From NCBI GenBank assembly GCA_009784815.1, contig WQXN01000001.1, positions 65,857-129,856 on the forward strand: a stretch of 64,000 bases of DNA, in the 5' to 3' direction. The stretch's first letter is position 1, and every line of letters starts with the position of its first letter. Source of the DNA: Alphaproteobacteria bacterium. Its GTDB lineage: Bacteria; Pseudomonadota; Alphaproteobacteria; Rs-D84. The position numbers and the translations under genes are program-made. Of this stretch, positions 62,207-64,000 are shown piece after piece. Under the pieces are notes generated by a model. It was not told where the DNA came from. It was given only the letters and a program-made list of their open reading frames with translations, and did not search any database.

Positions 62207-62211
62207 TTTCT

Positions 62212-62240
62212 ATTATATTAAAATTCAGGTGTTTTGTAAA
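62212..62240 (-). promoter_or_regulatory. Near-consensus promoter TTTACA-N17-TATAAT on the minus strand
   Basis: Minus strand reads TTTACA (62240-35), 17-bp spacer, TATAAT (62217-12). Back-to-back with the fabD promoter. Confidence 0.5.
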
Positions 62241-62257
62241 TAAGATAAAGTTCCTTA

Positions 62258-62285
62258 TTGAATTTAAGTTTTTTTATGCTAAAAT
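62258..62285 (+). promoter_or_regulatory. Candidate extended -10 promoter for fabD-fabG
   Basis: TTGAAT 62258-63, 16-bp spacer, TGcTAAAAT with TAAAAT at 62280-85. Confidence 0.45.
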
Positions 62286-62311
62286 CTCAAGGCACAAAAA
62301 GGAATAAATAA

Positions 62312-63259
62312 ATGTCTAAGATGTTGGTGTTGCCGGGGCAGGGTTCTCAATTCGTCGGAATGGGAAAAGATTTGGCCGAAAATTTTGATATAGCAAAAAA
62401 TATATTCGCGGAACTGGACCATGCGCTTTCCCAAAACCTTTCAAAAATCATGTTCGAAGGGCCCGCCGAAGAGCTGAACCTTACCACAAATTCCCAGCCC
62501 GCGATCATGGCTGTGTCTATCGCCGCTTTGCGCGTTTGGCAGGATTTATCAGGACTGACCGTCAAAGATGCTTTCACTTATATTGCCGGACATTCGTTGG
62601 GAGAATATTCCGCGCTTTGCGCCGCAGGGTCTCTCTCGCTGCATGACACCGCAAAGCTTCTTCGCGTTCGCGGCGACGCCATGCAGCGCGCGGTGCCGGT
62701 AGGCGAAGGCGCGATGGCCGTAATTTTAGGTTTGGATATAGATGCCGTAAATAAAGTCTGCGGCGAAGCGTCCGCTGTCGGAGTTTGCGAATTGGCCAAT
62801 GATAATGCCCCTGGTCAGATAGTTATATCGGGAGTCAAGGCCGCGATCGAAAAAGCCGCCGAGCTGGCCGTCGCCGCCGGCGCAAAGCGCGCGATGATGT
62901 TGCCCGTATCTACCGCTCCGCATTCTTCTTTGATGGGTCCGGCCAGGGCCGAGATCGAGATCGCGTTGCGGGATATGACTTTGGTTCAGCCGGTTATTCC
63001 CATTATTTCCAACCGCACCGCAGCGCCCGTTCAGGCTTCCGAAGAAATCAAAAACCTTCTTATCGAGCAGATGACCCGCGGCGTTCGCTGGAGGGAATCT
63101 ATTCTTGCCGCAGAATCATTAGGCGTCGACGAAGTAGTTGAATTTGGTCCGGGAAAAGTCTTGTCGGGCCTGACGGGACGCATATCGGCGAATCTGGCCG
63201 CCGTGTCCGTCGGTACTCCCGAAGAAATAAAAAAATTCATAGGAGATTATCATGTTTGA
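62312..63259 (+). CDS. fabD: Malonyl-CoA:ACP transacylase
   Basis: GQGSQFVGMG and GHSLGEYSAL. 315 aa. Confidence 0.95.
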   Translation: MSKMLVLPGQGSQFVGMGKDLAENFDIAKNIFAELDHALSQNLSKIMFEGPAEELNLTTNSQPAIMAVSIAALRVWQDLSGLTVKDAFTYIAGHSLGEYSALCAAGSLSLHDTAKLLRVRGDAMQRAVPVGEGAMAVILGLDIDAVNKVCGEASAVGVCELANDNAPGQIVISGVKAAIEKAAELAVAAGAKRAMMLPVSTAPHSSLMGPARAEIEIALRDMTLVQPVIPIISNRTAAPVQASEEIKNLLIEQMTRGVRWRESILAAESLGVDEVVEFGPGKVLSGLTGRISANLAAVSVGTPEEIKKFIGDYHV

Positions 63260-63989
63260 TTTATCCGGAAAAGTAGCGTTAATAACCGGAGCTACCGGAG
63301 GGATAGGAGAAGGCATCGCCCGCGCCATGCACTTGGCCGGAGCGACCGTAATCCTAACCGGACGCAATCTTGAAAAACTTGAAACGCTTAAGGCCGAGTT
63401 TAAGGATCGCGCTTTTGCCATTTCCGCCGATCTCTCGGACGAGGCTGCCGCCGAGAAGCTTGTAGGCGACGCTGTTGCCGCAGCCGGGCGCTTGGACATA
63501 CTTGTGAACAACGCAGGTCAGACCAAGGACGGTCTGTTCATGCGCATGAACGATCAGGATTTTATGTCCATCATAAATATAAATCTTATGTCCGCGTTTC
63601 GCCTTAGCCGTGCCGCTGTTATGCCTATGATGAAAAATAGATTCGGCCGCATTATAAACATTACTTCGGTCATCGGAACTATGGGAAATCCGGGGCAGGC
63701 TAATTACGCCGCGTCCAAGGGCGCGATCACCGCTATGACCAAGTCTATGGCCGTCGAAGTCGCAAGCCGCGGTATTACCGCCAACTGCATCGCTCCGGGT
63801 TTTATCAAAACTGCCATGACCGATGTTCTGTCGGATGATATAAAGGATGCGGTTCTTAAGCAGATTCCGGCCGGACGCTTCGGCGAACCCGCGGACATAG
63901 CCGCCGCCGCCGTATTCCTTGCAAGCTCTGAGGCGGCCTATGTAACCGGACAGACCATTCACGTCAACGGCGGAATGTTAAGAGTTTAA
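63252..63989 (+). CDS. fabG: 3-oxoacyl-ACP reductase
   Basis: TGATGGIG, NNAG, NITSVIG, YAASKGA (YxxxK). Overlaps the fabD stop. Confidence 0.95.
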   Translation: MFDLSGKVALITGATGGIGEGIARAMHLAGATVILTGRNLEKLETLKAEFKDRAFAISADLSDEAAAEKLVGDAVAAAGRLDILVNNAGQTKDGLFMRMNDQDFMSIININLMSAFRLSRAAVMPMMKNRFGRIINITSVIGTMGNPGQANYAASKGAITAMTKSMAVEVASRGITANCIAPGFIKTAMTDVLSDDIKDAVLKQIPAGRFGEPADIAAAAVFLASSEAAYVTGQTIHVNGGMLRV

Positions 63990-64000
63990 AAAATAAGGCG

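Noticed and set aside
1-64000. CRISPR arrays, rRNA/tRNA genes, IS elements with terminal inverted repeats
   Set aside because: No regularly spaced direct repeats, rRNA-like segments or transposase ORFs were seen in any frame. The integrase remnant is the only mobile-element relic.

Overview
Gene-dense chromosomal window with about 60 CDS and no rRNA, tRNA or CRISPR that I could find. Gene content suggests a proteobacterium, probably an alphaproteobacterium with a somewhat reduced genome; this is inference and was not verified.

Recognisable housekeeping genes include tatA, ftsK, xerD-like, lptF/G, fpr, greA, mutL, recJ, lolA, tatBC, pyrE-pyrF, parE, dnaN, dnaJ, uvrB, miaB, gatCAB, ruvX, ruvA, yebC, tolB, rluC-like, fabD and fabG, plus two AsmA-family genes.

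Accessory or unusual content:
1. A six-gene R64-type (type IVb) pilus-like assembly cluster at 22.4-29.5 kb has no pilin, prepilin peptidase or adhesin gene in cis.
2. Five G/C homopolymer tracts of 9-10 nt occur. Four sit exactly between a -35 and a -10 promoter hexamer (orphan ORF, pyrEF, radical-SAM gene, orphan ORF). One sits inside an ABC exporter gene, where it breaks the reading frame.
3. Three terminator-position hairpins share a conserved 21-nt loop but have completely different, perfectly complementary stems.
4. A roughly 147-nt sRNA candidate is bracketed by a TTTACA-N17-TATAAT promoter and a strong intrinsic terminator.
5. gatA has lost its amidase signature, although the gatCAB operon is otherwise intact.
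6. ybeY and lnt are fused in frame.
7. A translationally coupled four-gene operon encodes a membrane NERD-like protein, a His-less HNH-like protein, a SUKH-like protein and an RHH protein.
8. A degenerate integrase lies next to pyrE-pyrF and an orphan radical-SAM gene.

All functional calls come from motif recognition by eye. No database search was run.
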